Shown: positions 39,491-48,424, counted from the first letter of the whole stretch. The stretch: DNA of 62,209 nucleotides, filler included, from 4 parts of 4 records of this genome joined end to end with filler, not necessarily neighbours in it, one strand, 5' to 3'. Notes: generated by a model from the letters alone, not told the origin. A program made the numbers and translations.

Positions 39491-39506
39491 TGCAGCATGC
39501 ATGCCA
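39491..39506 (-). promoter_or_regulatory. Sigma54 (-24/-12) promoter of the TAXI operon
   Basis: Minus strand TGGCATGCATGCTGCA matches TGGCAC-N5-TTGCW with exact GG-N10-GC spacing, about 60 nt upstream of the start; a cognate GAFTGA activator is in the same locus. Confidence 0.75.
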
Positions 39507-39558
39507 ACCATCAAAGGCCCGCCATTAGGGCGCTACGGGGCAGTCGTGAAAACGCATA

Positions 39559-39606
39559 AGCAGAATTCCGCCGATATGGCGGGAGACCGGTAGGCGGAAT
39601 TCAGCC
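39559..39606. promoter_or_regulatory. Candidate DctD-like upstream activator sequences
   Basis: AGCAGAATTCCGCC and GGCGGAATTCAGCC: two imperfect palindromes that also form a 10-bp inverted repeat, 50-100 nt upstream of the -24 element. Confidence 0.55.
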
Positions 39607-39705
39607 GATTCCCCAGTGCTGATTCTTCCGGGCATAACGGTTAAGATCCGGATGATATTTCCCAAGGCCATCACAGCTTTACACCTCAGGAGCAGGCGCC
39701 AACCA

Positions 39706-40371
39706 ATGGATTTCCAGGTCCCCAACACCCTCGCCGAGCAGATTGCCAACTATCTGGCTGAGCGCATCATGACCGGGCAGATAAAGCCGGGGGAGCGTTT
39801 GCAGGAGGCGACGACTGCCACGGAACTGCAGGTTAGCCGGGCGTCAGTCAAAGAAGCGCTTTACACCCTGGAGCGCTGGCACCTGATTGAGATCACCCCG
39901 CGCAAGGGCGCATCGGCCACCAAACTGGATGCGGCGCACGCCTCAGAGCTCTACGACGTGTATATGCACCTGCTGATCATGCTGGCGCGGCGTCTGTGTG
40001 AGCGTTGGCGGGAAGCGGATAAAACCGCGTTACTGTCAGCGGTTGGGCACGTCACGGGTCAGATGCAGCGTAAAGACGCTAATATCACGGCCATTGTGGA
40101 AGCGAGCTTTGAAGTGATGGACGTATGCAGCCAGGTAGTAGGCAATCCCTACCTCACCGAGGCGCTGACCAACTTCAAGCCGGCCGTCAGTCGGGCCTAC
40201 TATCTGAGCGCGGATCGTTACCGGCAGGATCTGGACCGTACTGGCCGTTTCTTCACCAACCTGACGAAGGCCATCCTGGCGCGGGATGCCGGTGAATCCG
40301 AGGCACTGGTGGCGGATTTCGGCGCGCACCAGAAGGCGCTGATCCACCAGGCGCTGGCCCCTTCGGCCTGA
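39706..40371 (+). CDS. GntR family transcriptional regulator
   Basis: L.EQIA..L..RI..G..KPGERL.E and VSRA.V.EAL..LE wHTH; start re-called at MDFQVP. Confidence 0.88.
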   Translation: MDFQVPNTLAEQIANYLAERIMTGQIKPGERLQEATTATELQVSRASVKEALYTLERWHLIEITPRKGASATKLDAAHASELYDVYMHLLIMLARRLCERWREADKTALLSAVGHVTGQMQRKDANITAIVEASFEVMDVCSQVVGNPYLTEALTNFKPAVSRAYYLSADRYRQDLDRTGRFFTNLTKAILARDAGESEALVADFGAHQKALIHQALAPSA

Positions 40372-40375
40372 CCGA

Positions 40376-40421
40376 GTCTGTGACCTGACTCACAGACACC
40401 TTTCCCTATCCCGCCTATCGT
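40376..40421 (+). promoter_or_regulatory. CRP/Vfr box with a class II-spaced -10 element
   Basis: GTC-TGTGA-CCTGAC-TCACA-GAC (40376-40397); TATCGT at 40416-40421 places the site centre at about -41.5. Confidence 0.65.
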
Positions 40422-40533
40422 AACAGTCTGTAACAAACTCATAAGCCCGCTGCGCTGGTTAGGTTGTCCCCTGCGGCTACACAACGACTGAGACCGGTCT
40501 GAAGCCGGCATAACAACAACGATCGGGGCCACC

Positions 40534-41577
40534 ATGACACGTCGAAACGCCCGCAAGCGCCTGGAGCCAATCAAACCTGCCCTGCGCAGGTTCTTCACCC
40601 TGAGCCTGACTGCCAGTCTATCATTGTCGGCATTGCCGGTGATGGCTGACTTCCGTCCGCTGGATGACAGCACCCTGGGCAACGTCACTGGCCAGACTGG
40701 CGTCACCATCGAGATGGAAACGAAGATTGAGATGGACCGCCTGAGCTGGACCGACGAAGGCTCACTGAACGTCAACGGTATCCGCCTGTCCGGTCAGAAC
40801 GACACGGTGCTGGACAACCTGAAGCTGACGCTGGATATTGCCGGCCAGGACGAGGTGCTTGAATACGGGTTCTCGGAAATTGCCCGCCGTGCCGACGCTG
40901 GCCTGCTGGACACGTCCAATCCGGATGTGGCCGATGCCCTCGCCCGCTATGCCGTGGGTGGTGGTTATGGCAAACAGTTCGACAGCGGTGACCTGGTCAT
41001 ACACCTCGGCGCGACAGACTACGGCGACCCCACCAGTCTCGACGACTACCTGCAAGCCGTGGATTTCGAACTGGCCGTAGACAGTGTTGAAGCAACCGGC
41101 TCCGGCGGCACTGCCAGCCTGTTCTCCAATATCATGCTGCAGGGCTACATCGGCCCCACCGATCTGGTGATTCGTAACCAGGGCAACAACACCCGTACGC
41201 TGGCCAATGGCAACGTGGTATCCGGCTCGGAACTGCAACTGGATACCCATTTTGAAATCACCGACGGTAATCTCAACTGGGATGCCGCCGACGTTATTTT
41301 TATATTCAACTTTGCCGCCGTCGGCATCGAAGGGCTGCAGATCCACAACCGCCGGGGCGACGATACCCTGGGCCACTTCGGTATGGCCAGTGCCACCGCA
41401 AAGCTCTCACGGGGCACCAGCGCGGCCTCTGGAAAGGAAGGACTTTCGATCCACGAGGTAGACTTCCGGGCCGACATCGATATGCCGGTGTTCAAGGTTG
41501 GTGGCACCAGCATTGGTTCGGTGCAGTTCACGGATTTTGCCATTAAAAACACCACCATGATGGTGTATGGCCACTAG
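40534..41577 (+). CDS. DUF6160 / FilA-like secreted beta-rich protein
   Basis: Signal peptide followed by ADFRPLDDSTLGNVTGQTGVTIE, DTDG-like WTDEG, and C-terminal SIGSV..MVYGH. Confidence 0.75.
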   Translation: MTRRNARKRLEPIKPALRRFFTLSLTASLSLSALPVMADFRPLDDSTLGNVTGQTGVTIEMETKIEMDRLSWTDEGSLNVNGIRLSGQNDTVLDNLKLTLDIAGQDEVLEYGFSEIARRADAGLLDTSNPDVADALARYAVGGGYGKQFDSGDLVIHLGATDYGDPTSLDDYLQAVDFELAVDSVEATGSGGTASLFSNIMLQGYIGPTDLVIRNQGNNTRTLANGNVVSGSELQLDTHFEITDGNLNWDAADVIFIFNFAAVGIEGLQIHNRRGDDTLGHFGMASATAKLSRGTSAASGKEGLSIHEVDFRADIDMPVFKVGGTSIGSVQFTDFAIKNTTMMVYGH

Positions 41578-41642
41578 TAAGACACTGGACAAGCCCCCCG
41601 CCACCAACAGTAAACTGCCCGTCTCCTAACGGCGGGCAGTCC

Positions 41643-42701
41643 ATGACCAACATCCCGGATCAAGATTATCAGCAGCGCGCCTCCTGGCGCAGGCTCACTG
41701 TATTCAGCCTGATTTTCATTGCCATGACAGCGGCCGGGCTCTATGCAGTGTATGACCAGTTTGCCGGGCGCAGCGTGACCTTCGACGAACGCCTGGTCTC
41801 GCCTCAGGTGCTTATTTCCATCATTGCCCTACTGGTGATCTACTTTGCGGCCGACGGGCTGCGGCTGCACTTCACGCTTCGGGCACTGGGGCACCGATTG
41901 CCCTTCCCGGCGATTTTCCGCCTGGTGTTCATCAACCTGTTCTTCTCCAACGTGACGCCCATGGCCACCGGGGGCGGCTTCGCGCAGATCTGGTATCTCC
42001 AGAAGCATGGTGTTCCGGTGGGCCGCGCCACGGCTGCTACCACCATTCGCACCGTGATCGCGGTGATCTTTATCTTTTCGCTGACGCCCGTATTCCTGCT
42101 GACCCTGGATGCCCTGGACAACCAGCCCCTTGTCGGAGAGCTAGGGCCGGTGCTTGCGGTGCTGATACTCCTGTATCTCGGCTTTTTCATGGTGGTGCTG
42201 TTCCGTACCCGATGGCTGATTGCGCCATTGGGGCGGCTTTTGAGCACGCTGCACCGGTTTCACCTGATTGGTGAACGCCGGCATCAGCGCTGGCAGTTCA
42301 AGGCCAAACGGGAGATGCTGCGTTTTTCCCACAGCTTCGGGGATTACCTGAACGGCCCGAAGCGCTTCGTCGCGCTCTCGGTTCTGTTTACCTTCGTGTT
42401 CCTGCTCAGCCTGTTCAGTTTTCCGGCGTTGCTGATCTCGGCACTCGATTACGAGGTAGACTACCTGGTGAGCACCGGCCTGCTGGTGGTGACCACCTTT
42501 GTGATGTACTTTTCACCCACACCCGGCGCGTCTGGCATTTCGGAAGGGGTGTTCGGCAGTTTTTTCCGGGACATACTCACGGCCAATCACCTGGTACTGG
42601 TGACCATTAGCTGGCGATTCATCACCATCTATATCGGTATGATGGCGGGACTCGTGATCCTGCAACGGGAACTGGTGAGAAACAGGAAGACATCCCAATG
42701 A
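41643..42701 (+). CDS. Lysylphosphatidylglycerol synthase TM / flippase-like (UPF0104) membrane protein
   Basis: FF.NVTP.ATGG..Q, PTPGASG.SEG and WRFIT.Y motifs; about 8 TM helices. Confidence 0.9.
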   Translation: MTNIPDQDYQQRASWRRLTVFSLIFIAMTAAGLYAVYDQFAGRSVTFDERLVSPQVLISIIALLVIYFAADGLRLHFTLRALGHRLPFPAIFRLVFINLFFSNVTPMATGGGFAQIWYLQKHGVPVGRATAATTIRTVIAVIFIFSLTPVFLLTLDALDNQPLVGELGPVLAVLILLYLGFFMVVLFRTRWLIAPLGRLLSTLHRFHLIGERRHQRWQFKAKREMLRFSHSFGDYLNGPKRFVALSVLFTFVFLLSLFSFPALLISALDYEVDYLVSTGLLVVTTFVMYFSPTPGASGISEGVFGSFFRDILTANHLVLVTISWRFITIYIGMMAGLVILQRELVRNRKTSQ

Positions 42702-44914
42702 CACGGCGTCACCCGTTAAAAGTGCTGTTCTACATCAGCCTGGCGATTGTTGTACTGCTGATCGGGTACAAGGCCTACCTGAACCTGTTCGAGCCGGATT
42801 TCGAGGCCCTGCACACGGAACAGGTGGCCCGCATCCACGACACGCTCTCTGATGACGGCGGTTTCAGTTTTGCGGTTGTGGGCAACATCAACAACTCCGT
42901 GGGCGTGTTCGAGGAACGCATGATACCGGCCCTCAACCAGTCCGGTGTGGATTTCATGGTGTCCGCTGGTAACGCGGTCAGTGGCGGCGGAGAAGACAAG
43001 TACCGGGCCATCCAGGGCTCGCTGACCCATCTGAACATTCCCTACCTGCTGACCTTTGGTGAAAACGAGTACGAGAACTTCGGCAGCTACCGGTTTTACG
43101 ACCACTTCGGCCCTCACTTCTTCAGCATCAAGGCTGGCGGCGCCCGGCTGATTTTCCTCGACAGTACCAGCAAGACACCCTGGCGATGGCAGATTCGCTG
43201 GCTGAACGATTTGCTCAGCCAGGAACCCAACCGTTTGCGGTTCCTGTTTATTGGCCATCCATTGTTGCAACCGGACCAGGAAGCGCCCTTCGAGCAGGAC
43301 GACGATTTCCTGCAACCGGCGGAATTCCGCACCGCGCTGCTGGAGGCCATCGACCGGCACGATGTGGACATGGTGTTTTCAGCGAACCTGTCGCTGTATT
43401 CGGATCAGGTGCAAGGCGATACACGCTTCATCACCACTGGCGGAGCCGGCGGACTGGTGCTCAACAACGACACCAGCTTCTACCACTATGTGCGGGTGGA
43501 TGTAAGCGACGATGGCCAGATCAGCCATTCCCTGGAACGGCTTGAAGCCAGGCAGCATCCCGTGCTGAGCACCCTGGAGTCCCTCTGGTTCTTTATCTAC
43601 TCGCTGTTTTATGTGGGCTACGTGAATTTCATCCTGCTGGTGGCGGTGTTCGTGCTGATCAGCATCAAGCTGTACACCGCCATTTTTGTGGAAAAGGACT
43701 ACTACCCGGATTACGACCTGGACCCACAACCCTGGCTGTCGAGACCGTTGCGGGTTGCCATGTTCACCAACAACTATCTGCCCTTTATAGGTGGCGTGCC
43801 TATTTCCATTGAGCGCCTGCGCAAAGGCCTGGAAACCCTGGGCGACATCATTCTCATTGTGTGCCCTCGCTACCGCGACCAACCACGGGAAGAGACCAAC
43901 GTGGTGCGGGTGCCATCCCTGCTGGCCATGGGCGAGAAACGGGAGTTCCGGCTCGCCAATATTTTCCTGGCGCGGATCCGCCGACAGTTGAGAGCGTTCA
44001 AGCCCGACATCATCCACCTTCACCACCCCATCTGGCTGGGATCGCTGGGGCTGTTTGTGGCCCGGCGCCTGAAAGTGCCGGCGGTGTACACCTACCACAC
44101 CCGCCTTGAGCACTACGCCCACTTCGTGCCGCTGCCGGGTAATCTTTTCCGCAACCTGATCTCGCACGAGCTGATCAAGCGCTTTGCCAACAAATGCGAT
44201 GGGGTGATCGTGCCCACCTACTCCACCGAGGAATATCTCCGGATGATCGGCGTGAAAAGCCCCACGTTCGTGCAGCCAACAGGCATTGAGTACCAGAGGT
44301 TCCAGGAAGTGGACGACAGCGACGTCCGCAAGCTGCGGGACTCCCTGGGCATCGGCGACGAAACCGTGTTTGTCAGCGTGTCGCGGCTGTCCAACGAGAA
44401 GAACATTGATTTCATGATCGATGCCATTGAGGAACTTCGCCGGCGTACCGAGCGCCCTTTCCGGTTCCTGATGATTGGTGAAGGGCACCAGCATGAAAGG
44501 CTGCAGCAGCGCATTGATGAGCTGGGGCTTCAGGACTGCTTTACACTCGTCGGCTCCATTCCGCCGGACGATATGGCCACCTGGTATCACTTGGGCGATG
44601 CCTTCCTGTTTGCCTCCAAATCAGAAACCCAGGGTATGGTGATCCTGGAAGCCATGGCCGCCGGGTTGCCGGTGGTGGCGGTGCGTTCCAGTGGCATAGA
44701 GGATGTGGTTCGCCATGGCTATAACGGCTTCAAGACGCCGGAGAAGCAGGACCAGTGGTGTGACCGCGTGCAGCAGCTGCTGGAAGACGAGGCCTTGCGC
44801 CAGGAACTGGCCGATCACGCACTGGCCTTCGCGGCGGACTATTCCGTCGAGCAGTTTGCCCGGGATATGCGGGAAATCTACGCCCTGACCCTGGCGCGAT
44901 CTGCCTCCCGCTAA
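42698..44914 (+). CDS. Fusion of a degenerate calcineurin-like metallophosphoesterase domain, a TM segment and a GT4 glycosyltransferase (diacylglycerol glucosyltransferase-like)
   Basis: N-terminal TM; MPP-fold motif spacing (FAVVG, SAG, LIFLDS, Q..WL, FIGHP, ITTGGAG); GT4 motifs MFTNNY.P..GGV..S, YTYHT, VSRL..EKN and SETQGMVILEA (EX7E). Confidence 0.85.
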   Translation: MTRRHPLKVLFYISLAIVVLLIGYKAYLNLFEPDFEALHTEQVARIHDTLSDDGGFSFAVVGNINNSVGVFEERMIPALNQSGVDFMVSAGNAVSGGGEDKYRAIQGSLTHLNIPYLLTFGENEYENFGSYRFYDHFGPHFFSIKAGGARLIFLDSTSKTPWRWQIRWLNDLLSQEPNRLRFLFIGHPLLQPDQEAPFEQDDDFLQPAEFRTALLEAIDRHDVDMVFSANLSLYSDQVQGDTRFITTGGAGGLVLNNDTSFYHYVRVDVSDDGQISHSLERLEARQHPVLSTLESLWFFIYSLFYVGYVNFILLVAVFVLISIKLYTAIFVEKDYYPDYDLDPQPWLSRPLRVAMFTNNYLPFIGGVPISIERLRKGLETLGDIILIVCPRYRDQPREETNVVRVPSLLAMGEKREFRLANIFLARIRRQLRAFKPDIIHLHHPIWLGSLGLFVARRLKVPAVYTYHTRLEHYAHFVPLPGNLFRNLISHELIKRFANKCDGVIVPTYSTEEYLRMIGVKSPTFVQPTGIEYQRFQEVDDSDVRKLRDSLGIGDETVFVSVSRLSNEKNIDFMIDAIEELRRRTERPFRFLMIGEGHQHERLQQRIDELGLQDCFTLVGSIPPDDMATWYHLGDAFLFASKSETQGMVILEAMAAGLPVVAVRSSGIEDVVRHGYNGFKTPEKQDQWCDRVQQLLEDEALRQELADHALAFAADYSVEQFARDMREIYALTLARSASR

Positions 44915-45006
44915 GCGACTTGTCGCGCCGCTTTTAACATCGAAGATGATCGGTTTAGACTGGAAAAGCGTACTTTGAATGACCTTTTTCAATTCGGAGA
45001 CTGACA

Positions 45007-45954
45007 GTGACAGGCATTCCCGTTGGCATCAGCACCTGCCTGCTCGGCAAGGAAGTCCGCCATGATGGCGGCCACAAGCATTCCCGCTTCTGCACCCAGG
45101 TGCTTTCCCGCCATTTCGAGTTTCGTTCCATCTGTCCGGAGCTGGAAGCGGGCCTCGGTGTGCCCCGGCCCGCCATTCACCTGCGGGAGTATCACGACGG
45201 CCTGAAGCTGATCGAAACCAAAGGCACGGCGGACCACACCGATGCCATGCAGGGCTTTATCGACCAGGTTCTACCGACCCTGGCGGATCTACGGGGCTAC
45301 ATCCTGATGGCCAAATCTCCCAGCTGTGGCATGGAGCGCATCAAGGTGCACAATGGAGACGGCAACGTAACCCGCCGGGATGGCCGCGGGCTGTTTGCCG
45401 ACGCCCTGATTCGTCACTACCCGTTGATGCCGGTGGAAGAAGAGGGCCGGCTGAACGACGACATGCTGCGGGAGAACTTTATAGAGCGGGTGTTTGCCTA
45501 CGATGACTGGATGCAGAACGTGGCCGGTGACAACCTTACCGCCCGCGCCCTGATCGAGTTCCATACCCGCCACAAATTCCAGCTACTGGCTCATTCCGAG
45601 AAAATCTATCGGCAGTTGGGGCCCATGCTCGGCGACCTGAAATCAGCCCCCTTGAAGGACATTGCGGACCGATACATCGCGTCGTTCATGGAGGCGATGA
45701 CCCAACGGGTCAGCCGGGGCTCTCACGTGAACGCCATGCAGCACCTGATGGGCTATCTGCGGGATTCCATGGAAGACGAGGACAGAAAGGTACTGATGGA
45801 GCAGATCGAGGCCTACCACCGCGGCGAAGTACCATTGGTCGTGCCCATGACCCTTCTGCGGATGGCCCAGCGGCGGGAACCGGTGGACTACCTCAGCAGC
45901 CAGAAATACCTGACCCCCTACCCGGATGAGCTGGGGCTCAGGAATCGGGTATAA
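45007..45954 (+). CDS. DUF523/DUF1722 (YbgA, 2-thiouracil desulfurase-like) protein
   Basis: GIS.CLLG..VRHDGGHK, CPE..GLG.PR, KSPSCG, EEEGRL and FH..HK..LLAH. Confidence 0.9.
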   Translation: MTGIPVGISTCLLGKEVRHDGGHKHSRFCTQVLSRHFEFRSICPELEAGLGVPRPAIHLREYHDGLKLIETKGTADHTDAMQGFIDQVLPTLADLRGYILMAKSPSCGMERIKVHNGDGNVTRRDGRGLFADALIRHYPLMPVEEEGRLNDDMLRENFIERVFAYDDWMQNVAGDNLTARALIEFHTRHKFQLLAHSEKIYRQLGPMLGDLKSAPLKDIADRYIASFMEAMTQRVSRGSHVNAMQHLMGYLRDSMEDEDRKVLMEQIEAYHRGEVPLVVPMTLLRMAQRREPVDYLSSQKYLTPYPDELGLRNRV

Positions 45955-45961
45955 CGCCCGG

Positions 45962-46693
45962 TCAGAAGCCGTAGAGGAGTGACACAGAGACCTGAGTGTC
46001 GGTGTCGTCGGCCCCTTCCGGCTCGTCGGAAACATGCTGGACCAGATACGCAGCCTTCATGGACAGGTTACCCACGACCGTTGCCTGTATGGATGTTTCC
46101 GATTCGCTGATGGTGTTGTTCTCTGACAGACCGATTTCGGTACTCAGCTTCTGACGAAACAACGCCGTATCGGACAGAGCGTAATCGAACTTGCCTGCCA
46201 ACCGGGCGATGGCTTCTTCTTCCTCCTGATTGCCGTCTGCTTCCGGTTCCTCGAGCCTGTTAAACCGGTAACCGCCACCGACAGACAGGTCAAGAAATGA
46301 GCGTTTGCCACGTTGCCAGACCCGGTTACCGTAACCGGTGGTCAACGAGGACTGGAAGTCATACCCGGAAAAACGGTCGTCTTCATACGCTCCGCGGACG
46401 AACAGGTATTGGCTACCCTCGAACTTGTAATCAGACTGCACTTCAGCGCTGTATTTTTCAGCCGTTGTGGTGTCATCGGTTTCGGAATAGGTTGAACGGA
46501 AATCACCGGTATTCCGCCAGTCAGCGATCTCATGTTTCAGCCCGAGACGGCCATTGACGTTGGTTTCCTCGGTATTGCCCGACGTAATCAGCACGCCAAC
46601 CTCACCTTCGCCTTCCCATTCATCAAACTCTTGGCCGAAAACCATGGGCGATACCGCCAGGGTGACGACCGCCAGGGTTGCTCTGAACTGCAT
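45962..46693 (-). CDS. DUF481 (YdiY-like) outer membrane beta-barrel protein
   Basis: Signal peptide, TSGNTE, Y..DRFSGY and C-terminal LLYGF; start re-called at MQFRAT. Confidence 0.88.
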   Translation of the reverse strand: MQFRATLAVVTLAVSPMVFGQEFDEWEGEGEVGVLITSGNTEETNVNGRLGLKHEIADWRNTGDFRSTYSETDDTTTAEKYSAEVQSDYKFEGSQYLFVRGAYEDDRFSGYDFQSSLTTGYGNRVWQRGKRSFLDLSVGGGYRFNRLEEPEADGNQEEEEAIARLAGKFDYALSDTALFRQKLSTEIGLSENNTISESETSIQATVVGNLSMKAAYLVQHVSDEPEGADDTDTQVSVSLLYGF

Positions 46694-46712
46694 GGAATCT
46701 CCTTGTTTCCTG

Positions 46713-47453
46713 TCAGGATTTTGCGCGATGCTCCCCCACGGCACTTCTGCGGGCCTGTTCTTCCCGCTCTGCCCTTTTCCGGGCCTTGCGCTCCGCAATG
46801 ATGCGCGCCGCTTCTCCACCCACATGGGCTTCGCCCCGCTGCTCTGCCAATCGCATCTGCCGCTCACGCTCAGCAAAACGGGCTTTTTGCTCCTCGGTCA
46901 GCGAGTCGATACAACGGTGGCAACTGACGCCCTGCTCGTACTCCGGGCGCTGTTTGTCTGCCTCGGTGATCGGCCGGCGGCACGCATGGCACTGATCGAA
47001 TTCGCCCCGTTCCAGCTTGTGGTTCACCGTTACGCGGTCATCGAATACAAAGCATTCACCGTGCCACAGGCTTTGTGATTCCGGGACTTCTTCGAGATAC
47101 CTGAGGATGCCGCCCTTCAGGTGATACACCTCATCAAAGCCCTGCTCCTTCAGAAACGCCGTGGACTTTTCACAGCGGATGCCGCCGGTGCAGAACATGG
47201 CCACCTTCTTGTGCTTTGAAGGATCCAGGTTCTCTTTCACAAACTCCGGGAACTCGCGAAACGTATCCGTGGCCGGGTTCCTGGCATTCTGGAACGTCCC
47301 GATCTCCACTTCGTACTGGTTGCGGGTGTCCACAACCATTACGTCCGGATCGGAGATGAGATCATTCCATTCCTTCGGGTCCACGTAGGTGCCGACGATC
47401 CGTTTCGGGTCAATGCCCTCCACACCCATGGTGACGATCTCTTTCTTGAGCTT
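46713..47453 (-). CDS. trhO: Rhodanese-domain tRNA uridine(34) hydroxylase (5'-truncated)
   Basis: [49 protein letters not shown] and C.ACR.P. Confidence 0.92.
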   Translation of the reverse strand, partial: KLKKEIVTMGVEGIDPKRIVGTYVDPKEWNDLISDPDVMVVDTRNQYEVEIGTFQNARNPATDTFREFPEFVKENLDPSKHKKVAMFCTGGIRCEKSTAFLKEQGFDEVYHLKGGILRYLEEVPESQSLWHGECFVFDDRVTVNHKLERGEFDQCHACRRPITEADKQRPEYEQGVSCHRCIDSLTEEQKARFAERERQMRLAEQRGEAHVGGEAARIIAERKARKRAEREEQARRSAVGEHRAKS

Positions 47454-47454
47454 C

Positions 47455-47554
47455 NNNNNNNNNNNNNNNNNNNNNNNNNNNNNNNNNNNNNNNNNNNNTT
47501 AATTAATTAANNNNNNNNNNNNNNNNNNNNNNNNNNNNNNNNNNNNNNNNNNNN
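47455..47554. other. Artificial contig spacer
   Basis: 44 N + TTAATTAATTAA + 44 N. Confidence 0.98.
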
Positions 47555-47555
47555 A

Positions 47556-47636
47556 TTTGGCGACGATGACTTTGGCGGCGACAGCTTTGGTGATGCGGAC
47601 TTTGGCGGGGACAGTTTCGGCGACGCGGGCTTCGGT
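47556..47636 (+). repeat. 15-nt imperfect tandem repeat, about 5.4 copies
   Basis: TTTGGCGACGATGAC / TTTGGCGGCGACAGC / TTTGGTGATGCGGAC / TTTGGCGGGGACAGT / TTCGGCGACGCGGGC / TTCGGT. Confidence 0.85.
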
Positions 47637-47780
47637 GCAGAGGGCGCTCCAGCGCCAGACAAGCAGGCAGCGCCGGCGGCTGGCGCCGCCTCTGGCGGCA
47701 GCCACGACCAGAGCGCAGCCGTGGCTGCTAGCTTCGGAGACGGTGACGACGGATTTGGGGAAAGTTTTGATTTCGCATAA
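47556..47780 (+). CDS. 3' end of a eukaryotic gene with acidic FG/DFG repeats (truncated)
   Basis: Translates to FGDDDFGGDSFGDADFGGDSFGDAGFGAEG..SFGDGDDGFGESFDFA*; synonymous variation between repeat units supports coding. Not in the ORF track. Confidence 0.6.
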   Translation, partial: FGDDDFGGDSFGDADFGGDSFGDAGFGAEGAPAPDKQAAPAAGAASGGSHDQSAAVAASFGDGDDGFGESFDFA

Positions 47781-48424
47781 AGCACAGCGGTCGATTCATA
47801 GGCGATCGTGACAGGTTTCTCCGGATTCCTCATGGCGCTGTGCGCCTTGCGGCATTCGTGTCGCTATGGTCTTTTGGCCGATTGTGTGTGTGTGGGGGGG
47901 GGTTTGCTAAACTCTCTGTGTGCGCCGCGCATGCATGTATCTTCGTGCCCCTTTATCCGCTCTGTAGCTGTTGGACCCTGAATAAAAGTGTTGAGCCGCT
48001 CGCTCCGGACGTGCTTCCTGTGTCACCTTGCTGTGACCTGCGTGTCGCTTGCAACGCGAGAGGCTGGCAGGCGAGTGCGCATACGCGCTCAGAGCAGCCC
48101 ATGCGCTGGCACTGCGGGCAGCATCACGCGCACACTTTATTTTGCATTCGTTTACACGATGATCCCGCTGTGTACAAAGCCCAGGCAAACACTCATAATG
48201 AGAAACACATATTTTTGGAAAGTGGCAGCAACAGCGAATGTGTCGTTCTCCGGAGGGCTCGCGCCGTCATCCTAGCACCGCGCGCGCATGGGCTAGCTCG
48301 TCCGCAGAGAGGCAGGATGCAGCTGTCTGGAGCACAATACCTCCCTTCAATAAAGCACACGCAAGTGACACAGTACAGGACAATTACGATAAGCATAGGC
48401 ATGCATGACGATGGTACTGCGCCT

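Noticed and set aside
25148-44590. Long antisense ORFs such as 25990-27576, 31441-32367, 33270-34292, 38313-39413 and 43379-44590
   Set aside because: They mirror well-supported genes on the opposite strand, which codon bias explains.
9457-47554. TTAATTAATTAA motif repeated three times, and ORFs running into N-runs (9501-10079, 22084-22461, 47499-47705, 47507-47833)
   Set aside because: Synthetic spacer flanked by fixed 44-N pads; these ORFs are artefacts.
47455-47600. Apparent bacteria-to-eukaryote horizontal transfer junction
   Set aside because: The junction is the artificial spacer, so there is no contiguous evidence.
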